A DNA stretch of 64,000 nucleotides, from the NCBI GenBank assembly GCA_945872795.1, contig CAMCAZ010000006.1, forward strand, positions 13,403 to 77,402, written 5' to 3'. Below, one piece after another: positions 9,469 to 18,299 of this stretch (the stretch's first letter is position 1; every line of letters begins with the position of its first letter). The position numbers and the translations under genes were made by a program. A model generated the notes under the pieces. The model made no database searches, was not told the DNA's origin, and saw nothing but the letters and a program-made list of their open reading frames with translations. This stretch comes from Chryseobacterium gleum (GTDB taxonomy: Bacteria; Bacteroidota; Bacteroidia; Flavobacteriales_F; PHOS-HE28).

Positions 9469-9660
9469 CGCCGGATAAAGTAAGGCGTTCGCCGCTTTGC
9501 CCGCACCACGCAACTCCGTTCGTTGTCCACCCCTGGCCACCTGGGGACCTTGGTCCCATGCTGCTGGGGGACGCGCTGAGACTGATGGACAAGGTGGACC
9601 AACGCGGTGCGCCCGTACCGTTCTCCATCTCCTGGTGCACCCTCGACCGTAAACGCGGTA

Positions 9661-9685
9661 GCGGCAAAGAGCCCGGTGGCATGGC
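9661..9685 (+). repeat. right copy of the 25-bp direct repeat, with a decayed alaS-tail-like coding remnant extending to about 9700
   Basis: Identical 25-mer. The in-frame translation GKEPGGMADALKKA parallels the alaS tail GKEPGGMAEALKLA, with mostly synonymous differences. Confidence 0.85.
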
Positions 9686-9724
9686 CGATGCACTGAAGAA
9701 GGCCCCGAGTACAGCCCCGAAACA

Positions 9725-9752
9725 CAAAGGGCCGCCCGGAGCCAGCCCTTTG
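9725..9752 (-). terminator. hairpin terminator candidate downstream of the 9772-10221 gene
   Basis: caaagggc / gccctttg 8-bp stem, followed on the minus strand by TGTGTTTCGG. Confidence 0.5.
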
Positions 9753-9771
9753 AAAGTGGCGTTCGATGAGC

Positions 9772-10221
9772 TTAGGCCAGGGAAGGCGTAGGCTGCGTGG
9801 TGAGCTTGCGGGGCGGGGGAGGGGCCTTCTGGCCGTAGAGGGGACCCATGTACCGGGTATCCTCGTCCAAAGCCAGGTTCAGGATGTACAGGCCGTTCAG
9901 CATGATCACCAGGACATAATCCATGGTGGAGGACTTGCCGAAGCTCTTGCAGACCTCGATCCATACCTTGGGAAGGAAGTACAACTGGCCCCAGACCGGG
10001 ATCAGGAACTTCCATCCATCCTTCGCTGGTCGTCCCACGATCTTCAGGAAGCTGACCACGTTGAGGACAGGCACCAAGGCGGTGTAGCCCGGCAGTCCGG
10101 CCTTGGTGTAGAGGCGGTATTGCGCCATGGCGCCCACCACCACCATGAGGAAGAGGACATAATACAGCACTACGCCCATCTTGGCGAAGAGCATGTCGTG
10201 TATACCGATCAGGAAGTCCAT
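9772..10221 (-). CDS. small integral membrane protein (DUF5684-like)
   Basis: 149 aa, three or four hydrophobic helices, Pro-rich tail. The family assignment is from memory only. Confidence 0.6.
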   Translation of the reverse strand: MDFLIGIHDMLFAKMGVVLYYVLFLMVVVGAMAQYRLYTKAGLPGYTALVPVLNVVSFLKIVGRPAKDGWKFLIPVWGQLYFLPKVWIEVCKSFGKSSTMDYVLVIMLNGLYILNLALDEDTRYMGPLYGQKAPPPPRKLTTQPTPSLA

Positions 10222-10398
10222 GGCGTGCAGGTTTTAGGGTTTCGGACGAGACGTCACCCAGCGGTTCCATACGGAAGACGCATTCCGTGGAGGGGGGTTG
10301 CCTGCCTAACGTGGCAATCTGTGCACCGGATATGGCCCCTTCGGCCAACGGTGCCTTCCGAACGACCAACGGCGGGCCTGTATCGCCAGCGCGGAGCT

Positions 10399-11574
10399 TC
10401 AGCCGCGGGGTACGGCGTAGGCCTTCACATCGGCCTCCGTGATCTCTTTCGCGCTCAGGATCACCAAGCGTTCGATCACGTTGCGCAGCTCACGTACATT
10501 TCCGGTCCAAGGCAGCTTCTGGAGCTCCTTGATGGCCTTGTCGGCGATCTTTTTCGGTGCGATGCCCTGTTCGGTGCACACCAGCTGGATGAAATGGTCG
10601 GCCAACAGGGGGATGTCCTCCATGCGCTCGGCCAGGCTGGGCACGTGGATCGGGATCACGCTCAGGCGGTGGAAGAGGTCCTCGCGGAAGTTCCCGGCCG
10701 CGATCTCCTTCTTCAGGTCCTTGTTCGTGGCGGCGATGACCCGCACGTTCACGTTGATGTCCTTGTCGCCGCCCACGGGGGTGATGCGCCCTTCCTGCAG
10801 CGCCCGCAGCACCTTGGCCTGGGCCGCCAGCGCCATGTCGCCGATCTCGTCCAGGAAGAGCGTGCCGCCATCGGCCAGTTCGAATTTGCCTTTGCGGTCC
10901 TTGATGGCGCTGGTGAAGCTGCCCTTCACGTGGCCGAAGAGCTCGCTTTCGATCAGTTCGCCGGGGATGGCGGCACAGTTCACCTCGATGTAGGGCCCTT
11001 GGGCGCGCGGGCTCTTTTCGTGCAGCAGGCGTGCCACGCCTTCCTTGCCGGCCCCGTTGCCGCCGGTGATCAGCACCCGGGCGTCGCTGGGGGCCACCTT
11101 CTCGATCATCTCCCGGATCTCGTGCAGGGCCTTGCTCTCGCCGATCATTTGCACACCGTTACCCTTGGTCTTGCCCACCTTCGTGCGCAGCACCTTGGTC
11201 TCTTTCACAAGGTCGCCGCGGTCCAGTGCATTGCGCACGCTCACCAGGATCCGGTTGATATCGGGCGGTTTCTGGATAAAGTCAAAAGCGCCTTTTTTGA
11301 GCGCGTCCACGGCGGTGTCGATGGTGCCGTGACCGCTGATCATCACCACCGGCAGTTCCTCGTTGTGGGCGTGCAGCTTTTCCAGCACTTCGATGCCGTC
11401 CATCTTGGGCATCTTGATGTCGCAGAGCACCAGGTCGAACTTCCCCTTCTTCGCCTTGTCAAGCCCGGCAGCACCGTCCTCGGCCTCCTCCACCTTGTGG
11501 CCTTCGTGCTCCAGGATCTCGCGCAGGGCGTAGCGGATGGCTTTTTCGTCGTCGATGATGAGTATAGAGGCCAT
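10399..11574 (-). CDS. sigma-54-dependent response regulator (receiver plus AAA+), no C-terminal HTH
   Basis: Trimmed to MASILIIDDE. Receiver CDIKMPKMDG, Walker A GGNGAGKE, ESELFGH, GSFTSA. Ends 17 aa after GNVRELRNVIERL. Confidence 0.88.
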   Translation of the reverse strand: MASILIIDDEKAIRYALREILEHEGHKVEEAEDGAAGLDKAKKGKFDLVLCDIKMPKMDGIEVLEKLHAHNEELPVVMISGHGTIDTAVDALKKGAFDFIQKPPDINRILVSVRNALDRGDLVKETKVLRTKVGKTKGNGVQMIGESKALHEIREMIEKVAPSDARVLITGGNGAGKEGVARLLHEKSPRAQGPYIEVNCAAIPGELIESELFGHVKGSFTSAIKDRKGKFELADGGTLFLDEIGDMALAAQAKVLRALQEGRITPVGGDKDINVNVRVIAATNKDLKKEIAAGNFREDLFHRLSVIPIHVPSLAERMEDIPLLADHFIQLVCTEQGIAPKKIADKAIKELQKLPWTGNVRELRNVIERLVILSAKEITEADVKAYAVPRG

Positions 11575-11856
11575 GGGAAGAAAATGATGTCTGGGCACAA
11601 AGATGGGGCGCGGTGCCGAACGTACCTGAAACACCGGTTCAGCGAACGATCGCGACATCATCCTGCAGACCATCGGCGGCACGGTGCCCACGGCGGTGCG
11701 GTCGGGGCAGGTACCCTGAAATGGAGTTGCTGCCTCTTGTCCCCACGCTAGGTTGACACTTGTCAGTGACAGGCCTGGTCGCTGCTGCTACTTTTCGACG
11801 CTGCTGTGCGTCCCATGCCGGATATCGCCTGTTCGATCATAACCCATAACCTCTGC

Positions 11857-12726
11857 ATGATGAGAACTCTACGCCACCTTTCCCTGATCACCCTGCTGAT
11901 GGCCAGCGTCGCCCATGCCCAGATCCCCAACGGAGGCTTTGAGGACTGGACCGACTTCGGCAACTATGAGGATCCCGTGGGCTGGACCAGTCTGAACGTC
12001 TTGACCACCACTTTCGGCGGTGTACTATCCTGCGAACAGGCCGTTCCGGCAGCGGAAGGCAGTTACGGTGTGACGGTCACGTCCCGTGATATCCCTGGTT
12101 TCGGCTTGTTCCCCGGACTGTTGCTCACCGGTGATGCGGAGGCGAGCGCGGATGGTTTCCCCTACACCGCCCGCCCACAGGCCCTCAATGGCATGTGGAA
12201 AGCAGCGATCGCTTCGGGCGACGATGGCGCGGTGGTGGTGACCCTGAGCCGCTGGAACGCGTCCTTGGGGGAGCGTGAGGAGATCGGCGCAGGGATCGTC
12301 ACCGTCACCGGCACCGTGAATGCTTGGACCTCCTTCTCCGCCGCGATCCAATACGTTTCCACCGAGGATCCTGATACGGCCAGTATCGCCATCCTATCCA
12401 GTGCCGGCCTTTCCGGGGAAGCCGCGGCCGGCAGCGCACTTTCAGTGGATGACCTCTCCTTCGGCAGCGCCACCACCGTTCCCGAGCTGGCAGAGGGAGT
12501 GCTGAGCACCTTCCCCGTTCCTGTCGTGGACGAGCTCACCGTGACCGCCCCGTCCGCCATGCAGGAGCTGAGCCTTTGGAGCATGGACGGTCGCCTGGTG
12601 CTGAGCGCCCGTCCCAGTGATCTGCGCACCACCGTCAACGTCGGCGAGCTACCATCAGGCAGCTATGCTGTGCTGGTGCGCCTGAGCCATGGCCGCACCC
12701 TGCGCCAGGTGATCACGCGCCAGTGA
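11857..12726 (+). CDS. secreted protein with T9SS C-terminal sorting domain
   Basis: Signal peptide MMRTLRHLSLITLLMASVAHAQ. C-terminal ~75 aa (LSTFPVPVVDELTV...GSYAVLVRLSHGRTLRQVITRQ) fits the type-A CTD pattern. Confidence 0.75.
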   Translation: MMRTLRHLSLITLLMASVAHAQIPNGGFEDWTDFGNYEDPVGWTSLNVLTTTFGGVLSCEQAVPAAEGSYGVTVTSRDIPGFGLFPGLLLTGDAEASADGFPYTARPQALNGMWKAAIASGDDGAVVVTLSRWNASLGEREEIGAGIVTVTGTVNAWTSFSAAIQYVSTEDPDTASIAILSSAGLSGEAAAGSALSVDDLSFGSATTVPELAEGVLSTFPVPVVDELTVTAPSAMQELSLWSMDGRLVLSARPSDLRTTVNVGELPSGSYAVLVRLSHGRTLRQVITRQ

Positions 12727-12767
12727 ACCACTTGGGTCTATCGCGCCATGACCTTGCGCGCCAGTTC

Positions 12768-13703
12768 CTACACCCTGCTCGAGGCGCTGGAGGTGTAGGC
12801 CGCCCCCTCCTTCAGCGCATACCTGCTCCACGCCAGCTCGCGGATGCTGCCTGCGGCGAGTACGCGTTCGATGGCGATGAGCGCGTAGGGGATGGTGTCC
12901 ACGCGGTGTTCGGGGAGGCCCGGCACCAGCAACCGTTCCGCGCGGGGGAGGCGTAGCAGTTGGTCCTTCAACGCGTCGAAGGTGCTTGCATCGAAGGGGA
13001 GGGTGCTGGTCTCGTCGGAGAGTGTCGTGCCCTGTCCGGCACAGACCATGCTGGCCAGTGTGTCGAAACTGCCAGCGCTGCCGATGAGCAGCTGCGGCTC
13101 ATGGCGTTCGATGATGGCCCAAAGGGCTTCCAGGTGATGGTCCAGGTGTTGGGCGATACGGGCCTCTTCAGCGATGGTGATGGGCTCGCTGGTGGGGATG
13201 CGTTCCCGCAGGCGCGTCACGCCCAGCTCGAAGCTGCGTTTCCACATCAGGGCCTTGTCGGTGGCCAGGATGAACTCGATGCTGCCTCCGCCGATGTCCA
13301 TCACCAGCGCCGGGTGCTTGGTGAACGTCACCGCTTGGCGCACACCGGCCAGGATCAGTTCCGCCTCCTGCCCACCGGGGATGATGCGGATGGCGATGCC
13401 GAGCTCCTCCATCACCCGCCGCACGAAGTCGGGGCCGTTGCGTGCGTTGCGCAGGGCACTGGTGCCGAAACCCGTGAGCTGTTCCACGCCGTGCGACAAT
13501 GCCGTGGCCTGGTGTTTACGCAGGGCGTCCATTCCGCGCTCAAAGGCATCCTCGGCGATCACGCCCTTCTCGATGCCGCCCCGGCCCAGGAACACCGGCA
13601 GTTCCACGCTATGCAATACCCGCACGCCCTCACCGCTCCGCGTATAGATCAGCAGGTTGAAGGTGTTGGTGCCGAGATCGATGATGGCGGATGGTGCGGG
13701 CAT
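12768..13703 (-). CDS. Ppx/GppA family phosphatase
   Basis: ASKHA-fold motifs IIDLGTNTFNLLIY and MDIGGGSIEF. Confidence 0.88.
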   Translation of the reverse strand: MPAPSAIIDLGTNTFNLLIYTRSGEGVRVLHSVELPVFLGRGGIEKGVIAEDAFERGMDALRKHQATALSHGVEQLTGFGTSALRNARNGPDFVRRVMEELGIAIRIIPGGQEAELILAGVRQAVTFTKHPALVMDIGGGSIEFILATDKALMWKRSFELGVTRLRERIPTSEPITIAEEARIAQHLDHHLEALWAIIERHEPQLLIGSAGSFDTLASMVCAGQGTTLSDETSTLPFDASTFDALKDQLLRLPRAERLLVPGLPEHRVDTIPYALIAIERVLAAGSIRELAWSRYALKEGAAYTSSASSRV

Positions 13704-13749
13704 GGGATATGTTCGTCAATTCACAGTTTGCGCCTCCGCACCCGTTCAG

Positions 13750-13798
13750 GTCGACCCAGTGGGCCCGAGGCCTCGGGCGACGCTACATGGGCTACGGG
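13750..13798 (+). repeat. REP-like element, copy A, interrupted by a nested 14-nt perfect palindrome
   Basis: gtcgacccagtggg[cccgaggcctcggg]cgacgctaca... The flanks are identical (14 and 10 nt) to the minus-strand reading of copy B at 62902-62940. Confidence 0.65.
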
Positions 13799-13841
13799 TG
13801 GGATCGTCACTCAACCCCCAACTCCACCAACCCCCAACTCC

Positions 13842-15161
13842 TCAACCCTTATAGAACAGCCACTTCCCCATCTCCTTCCAGTTCACCTTCTTGCCGTACA
13901 TCAGGATGCCGGTGCGGTAGATCTTGCCGGCGAGCCAGGTGGTGAGGATGAAGGTGCCTACCAGCAGCGCCATGCTCAGCAGCATCTGCCACACGGGTGC
14001 GTTGCCCATGGCTACGCGCACCATCATCACGATGGGGCTGGTGAAGGGGATGAGGCTGCACCACACCACCACGGGGGCACTGGGGTTGTAGACCGCGGTC
14101 TGGGCCACGATGATGGCGATCACCATCGGCATGGTCACGGGGAACATGAACTGCTGGGTGTCCGCCTCACTGTCCACCGCCGAACCGATGGCCGCGAGCA
14201 GCGAACTATAGAGCAGGTAACCACCGATGAAGTAAAAGAGGAACATGCCCAGGGTCAGCGGCAGGTTGATCTTGCCCAGTGCCTTCAGGAGCTTCACATC
14301 GTCCTTGTCGCCCATGCTCAGGCCGCCCTGCGCCTCCATCTGATCCTTCATCTCGGTGGTCATCTGGGCCTCGGCCAGGGCCTTGGGGTCCAGTTTGTCC
14401 TTCATCAGGTAGGCCGATCCCACGCTCACCAGGGTGGTGGTGATGGCGATCCAGAGCACGAACTGCACGAAGCCCACCAGGGCGATGCCCACGATCTTGC
14501 CCATCATCAGCTGGAAGGGTTTCACGGAGCTGATGAGCACCTCCACCACGCGGTTCTGCTTCTCCTCCATCACGCCGCGCATCACCTGCACGCCGTACAT
14601 GAAGATGAAGATGAACATGAAGTAGCCGAAGAAGAAACCGATGCCGGCGCGTTCCTGTTCCAGTGATTCCTCTCCCACCTTGTCGATATCGAAGAGTTTC
14701 ATCACCAACGGCTTGCGCACCCGCCGGTAAGCCTCCTCGTCGATGTTCTCGCCCTGCAGCTTGGCCAGCTCCAGGTTCTTCTCCAGCTCGTTGCTGATGG
14801 TGCGCTGCACGCCCAAGCTGGGCAGTTCCTTGTAATAGAAGAGCACCGTGTTGGTGTTCAGGATGTCGTCGTTCACCTCCACCATCACCGTATAGGGGCT
14901 CTGTTGGAATGCGCTGTCCGACCAGGTGTTCTGGTCCACATAGTAGGTGAGCTTGTCGCTGTCCTTCAGGCGGCCCTGGAGGATCTGGGCCTCATCCACC
15001 ACCAGCACGCGCTGGTCGTCGCTCTCCTGCATGCTCAGGTACACCACCACGGTGATACCGGCAGCCACCAGCACGGGGGCCAGCAGGGTCATGATCAGGA
15101 AGCTGGGCTTGCGAACGCGCGTGATGAATTCACGCCAGATGATGAGCTTGATCTTGTTCAT
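13842..15161 (-). CDS. ABC-2 type transporter permease
   Basis: 439 aa; N-terminal TM, a large extracytoplasmic loop, then five C-terminal TM helices. Immediately downstream of an ABC ATPase gene. Confidence 0.85.
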   Translation of the reverse strand: MNKIKLIIWREFITRVRKPSFLIMTLLAPVLVAAGITVVVYLSMQESDDQRVLVVDEAQILQGRLKDSDKLTYYVDQNTWSDSAFQQSPYTVMVEVNDDILNTNTVLFYYKELPSLGVQRTISNELEKNLELAKLQGENIDEEAYRRVRKPLVMKLFDIDKVGEESLEQERAGIGFFFGYFMFIFIFMYGVQVMRGVMEEKQNRVVEVLISSVKPFQLMMGKIVGIALVGFVQFVLWIAITTTLVSVGSAYLMKDKLDPKALAEAQMTTEMKDQMEAQGGLSMGDKDDVKLLKALGKINLPLTLGMFLFYFIGGYLLYSSLLAAIGSAVDSEADTQQFMFPVTMPMVIAIIVAQTAVYNPSAPVVVWCSLIPFTSPIVMMVRVAMGNAPVWQMLLSMALLVGTFILTTWLAGKIYRTGILMYGKKVNWKEMGKWLFYKG

Positions 15162-15204
15162 GGGGTTCTTCGGTTTGGGCCGATGGTCATCGGCCCGTAC
15201 ACGC

Positions 15205-16146
15205 TCATTCGGTCATTCCTGCGGTCACATGCTCCGGCGCGGTCTCGCTCACCACCCGGATGAAGATGTCGTGCATGCTGGGGATCTCCTCGCGTAGGCC
15301 GTGCACTTCCACCGCAGGCAGCAGTTGGCGCAGCAGGTCGTTCGGGGTGGAGCCCTTGCCCAGTTTGATCAGGGCCGTGCCGTGTCCGTCCTGCTCGCGG
15401 GCCTCCTGCAGTTCGCCGATGTAGGAGAGGGAGTTCGCCAGGGCCACCTTGCTGCCTTTGTAGTCCACGCGGTAGCTGTTGGTGGAGTACTGTTGGCGGA
15501 TCTCCCGCACATTGCCGTGCAGCATCAGGTGGGCCTTGTCGATGAGGCCGATGTTGTCGCACAGTTCCTCCACGCTGGCCATGCTGTGGGTGCTCAGCAT
15601 CACGGTGATGCCTGTGTCCCGCAAGCGCAGGATCTCGGCCCGGATCAGTTCGGCATTGATGGGGTCGAAGCCACTGAAGGGTTCGTCCAGGATCAGGATC
15701 TCGGGCTCATGCAGCACGGTGGTGATGAACTGCACTTTCTGGGCCATGCCCTTGCTCAGCTCCTCCACCTTCTTGTTCCACCAGCCGCCCATCTCCCAGC
15801 GCTCGAACCAGTCTTTCAGCCGTTTGGTGGCCTCCACCTTGCTCAGCCCCTTCAGCTGGGCCAGGTAGAGGGCCTGTTCGCCCACCTTCATCTTCTTGTA
15901 CAGCCCACGCTCCTCGGGCAGGTAGCCCATGCGGGCCACATCCTCGGGCCCCATCTCCCGGCCGTTCAGCAGCACGCGCCCCTCGTCCGGACCCGTGATT
16001 CGGGTGATGATGCGGATCAGCGTGGTCTTGCCGGCACCATTGGGGCCCAGCAGCCCGAACACCTTGCCCGGCGGCACCTCCATGGTGATGCCGTCCAATG
16101 CGGTGTAGGTGCCGAAACGTTTGACGATCCCTTCGATTTGGAGCAT
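15205..16146 (-). CDS. ABC transporter ATP-binding protein
   Basis: Trimmed to MLQIEGIVKRFG. Walker A GPNGAGKTT, signature LSKGMAQK, Walker B ILILDEP. Confidence 0.9.
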   Translation of the reverse strand: MLQIEGIVKRFGTYTALDGITMEVPPGKVFGLLGPNGAGKTTLIRIITRITGPDEGRVLLNGREMGPEDVARMGYLPEERGLYKKMKVGEQALYLAQLKGLSKVEATKRLKDWFERWEMGGWWNKKVEELSKGMAQKVQFITTVLHEPEILILDEPFSGFDPINAELIRAEILRLRDTGITVMLSTHSMASVEELCDNIGLIDKAHLMLHGNVREIRQQYSTNSYRVDYKGSKVALANSLSYIGELQEAREQDGHGTALIKLGKGSTPNDLLRQLLPAVEVHGLREEIPSMHDIFIRVVSETAPEHVTAGMTE

Positions 16147-16242
16147 GGTTCCTGCGGTGTGAGCGGGGCGAAGATAGCCGGGCACCGGGCGGGGGCGGCG
16201 CCGTTCGTGGTCCGGTGCTGCCGTCCGCGTGATCGCCTTTCC

Positions 16243-18228
16243 TTACTGCCGCCAGCGCAGTTCCACGCCGGCACTGAGCCAGCGACCTGGCAGGGGTACC
16301 TCGCCCCGGTCCACTTGGGGCACATCCAACAGGTTGTTCACCGCAGCGAAGAGGCTCACCTGGCGCCAGGCATGATCGATGCGGGCATCCACGCGCAAGG
16401 GGCTCGGGTAGCCCTGCTCGCTGCCATCCAGCTGCCTGCGATAGCTTCCATTGCGCACCCTCCAACTGGCGTTCAGACGTGCGCTCCAACGTTGACGGAC
16501 CTGCTGTTGCCACCAGATCAGGGCCACGTCGCTCAGGTGGTCCAGGACATACAGGGAGGTGAACGGGAATTCCTGCTGGTCCGTCCATTGGTGGGTGTAG
16601 CCGGCTCCGCCCCGGCCCTTTGCGTTCGCGGTGCGATAGGTGGCCATCAGTTCCACGCCGTTCATGTTCACCTCTGTCAGGTTCGCTGCACGCACTACGG
16701 TCTCTCCAGGGAACTGCACCCAGTCGATCAGGTCGTCACCGGCCCTTCTCCACAGCGCAGCGGAAGCAGTCCAGCGGAGATGCGTCACACGGTGTCCCAG
16801 CTCCAGTTGGTCGGCGTGTTCGGGCTTCAACGTCAGGCTGCCTTGTGCCCCGCCGCGGCTGTAGTAGAGGTCGGTCCAGGTGGGCAGGCGGAAGGCGCGA
16901 CCAACGTTCGAATAGGTGGTGTGGGCAGGATTCCAGCGGTGGTGCAGGTCCACACCGGGCGCCCACTCCGGAGCGAAGGCGCTGTTCAGGTTCAGCAGCA
17001 CACCGGCATCCACCCCCCACCGCCCATGCACGTATCGGTGGTCCAGGTGCATCGCCAGGTTCTGTCGGTCATCGGCCCGGGTAAAGGCCTCCCTGGCGCT
17101 TCCGACCGTGCGTGGCTCGTCGAGGGGCTTACCGAGCACATTGCTTTGGATGCGTTCGTCGCGAAGGTGCACGCCCACTGCCGTGGTACCGGCCTTCCAC
17201 GAGCGTTTCAGGTTCGCCTCGGCGCCGCTCACGTTGGTGCGGTGCCGGTTATGGAAGGTGTAGAAGAAGGTGGGCGTGAAGCGCGCCGTATCCGCCTCGC
17301 TGCGGATGAAGTAGCCCTCGTCATAGCGATAGTAGCCCTCACTTTCCCGGAAGAGCTGGAAGCGGTCGTCATGCTGTCGGTGATAGGTTCGCACGGACCA
17401 GGTCCAGCTGGAGGCATCGTTCCGCAGTTCCAGCGCAGCCATCAGCAAACCGGTGATCTCCTGTTGGTCCGGGTAGGTGCTGCTGTAGAAGTTCTGCGCA
17501 CCGAAGCGTTTGTTGCCTGTGCCCAGCTGGCCCTTGAGCACCAGGCGCCGGAAGCGATGCGTACCGCCCAGATACATCGATCGCTGGTCGAAGTCACTGT
17601 TCGGCACATGGCCATCACTGTGGCCCACCTGCGCGCTGATCCGCACTCCGCCGTGATCATAGCTCAGGTCCTGGGCCAGTTGTGCCCGGTAGGAGCCATG
17701 GCTGCCACCCTCCATGACAAGCGAGCCACGCGTGCCCTGCGGTGCACGGCTGATCAGGTTCACAGCACCGCTGAAGGCACCCGCGCCGAAGGTGCGCGAT
17801 GCACCACCATAGAGCACCTCCACGCGTTCAAGCGCGTCCGCGTTCAGCGGCAGATTCATGGCGTGATGCCCTGTTTGCGGGTCGCTCAGAGGGATGCCGT
17901 CCAGAAGCACCAGGGTCTGCTCGAACGTTCCGCCCCGCAGACCCAGGTCCGTCTGCACATCAAAGGGTCCACGCTGCCGCACATCCACGAGCGTATGTGC
18001 CCGCAGCACCTCGCTCAAGGACGGCGCTGGAGCATGGGTCAGCAGGCGGTGGTCCAGCACCTGCAACTGACGACCTGTGTGCATCAGGGTGCCGCTGATC
18101 CGTGTGGCCATCACTTGCACGGTATCCAAGCTGCCGAGCAGGGTATCGCCATCGGTCTGGGCACAAAGGTCCGTCTGTGCAATGCCAAGGAACAGGGTGC
18201 ACAGGTACGGCAGGATGGGATGATCCAT
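16243..18228 (-). CDS. TonB-dependent receptor
   Basis: Signal peptide from MDHPILPYLCTLFLGIAQ. Plug motifs (VLLDGIPLSDP, ERVEVLYGGASRTFGAGAFSGAVNLISR) followed by a long barrel. Confidence 0.85.
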   Translation of the reverse strand: MDHPILPYLCTLFLGIAQTDLCAQTDGDTLLGSLDTVQVMATRISGTLMHTGRQLQVLDHRLLTHAPAPSLSEVLRAHTLVDVRQRGPFDVQTDLGLRGGTFEQTLVLLDGIPLSDPQTGHHAMNLPLNADALERVEVLYGGASRTFGAGAFSGAVNLISRAPQGTRGSLVMEGGSHGSYRAQLAQDLSYDHGGVRISAQVGHSDGHVPNSDFDQRSMYLGGTHRFRRLVLKGQLGTGNKRFGAQNFYSSTYPDQQEITGLLMAALELRNDASSWTWSVRTYHRQHDDRFQLFRESEGYYRYDEGYFIRSEADTARFTPTFFYTFHNRHRTNVSGAEANLKRSWKAGTTAVGVHLRDERIQSNVLGKPLDEPRTVGSAREAFTRADDRQNLAMHLDHRYVHGRWGVDAGVLLNLNSAFAPEWAPGVDLHHRWNPAHTTYSNVGRAFRLPTWTDLYYSRGGAQGSLTLKPEHADQLELGHRVTHLRWTASAALWRRAGDDLIDWVQFPGETVVRAANLTEVNMNGVELMATYRTANAKGRGGAGYTHQWTDQQEFPFTSLYVLDHLSDVALIWWQQQVRQRWSARLNASWRVRNGSYRRQLDGSEQGYPSPLRVDARIDHAWRQVSLFAAVNNLLDVPQVDRGEVPLPGRWLSAGVELRWRQ

Positions 18229-18299
18229 GACGAGGGACTTGCGCTTCCGCGACGGAATGCGGCCGCGAAGATGCATTGAAGTGCGCACACACTGAAACC

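Noticed and set aside
9558-9791. 77-aa ORF (MLLGDALRLMDKVDQRGAPVPFSISWCTLDRKRGSGKEPGG...) as a genuine gene
   Set aside because: It runs through a terminator hairpin and into the 3' end of the convergent membrane-protein gene. Its only recognisable part is the alaS-tail duplicate. It is better explained as read-through of a displaced alaS remnant. I could not identify the PFSISWCTLDRKRG part.
9766-11751. 661-aa plus-strand ORF, and similar long antisense ORFs (652-2058, 5505-6674, 20969-21934, 38244-39512, 41636-42643, 46123-47580, 55115-56509)
   Set aside because: Each one is opposite a confidently assigned gene. All have low-complexity His/Arg/Gly/Ala-rich translations and no start-codon context. 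Treated as high-GC artefacts.
11575-11856. Sigma-54 (-24/-12, TGGCAC-N5-TTGC) promoter near the ntrC-like gene and elsewhere in the window
   Set aside because: Only isolated TGGCAC strings were seen (for example inside fabD and at 18425), without a correctly spaced TTGC. No convincing site.
15301-18279. 992-aa ORF on the plus strand spanning the ABC ATPase and TonB-dependent receptor loci
   Set aside because: It runs antisense to two genes with clear family motifs. Its translation is Ala/Gly/His/Arg/Val-rich with no recognisable motif. This is the typical stop-codon-poor antisense frame of GC-rich DNA.
18229-18299. Cobalamin or other riboswitch upstream of the 16243-18228 TonB-dependent receptor
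   Set aside because: The spacer is only 71 nt and contains no B12-box or other aptamer core.
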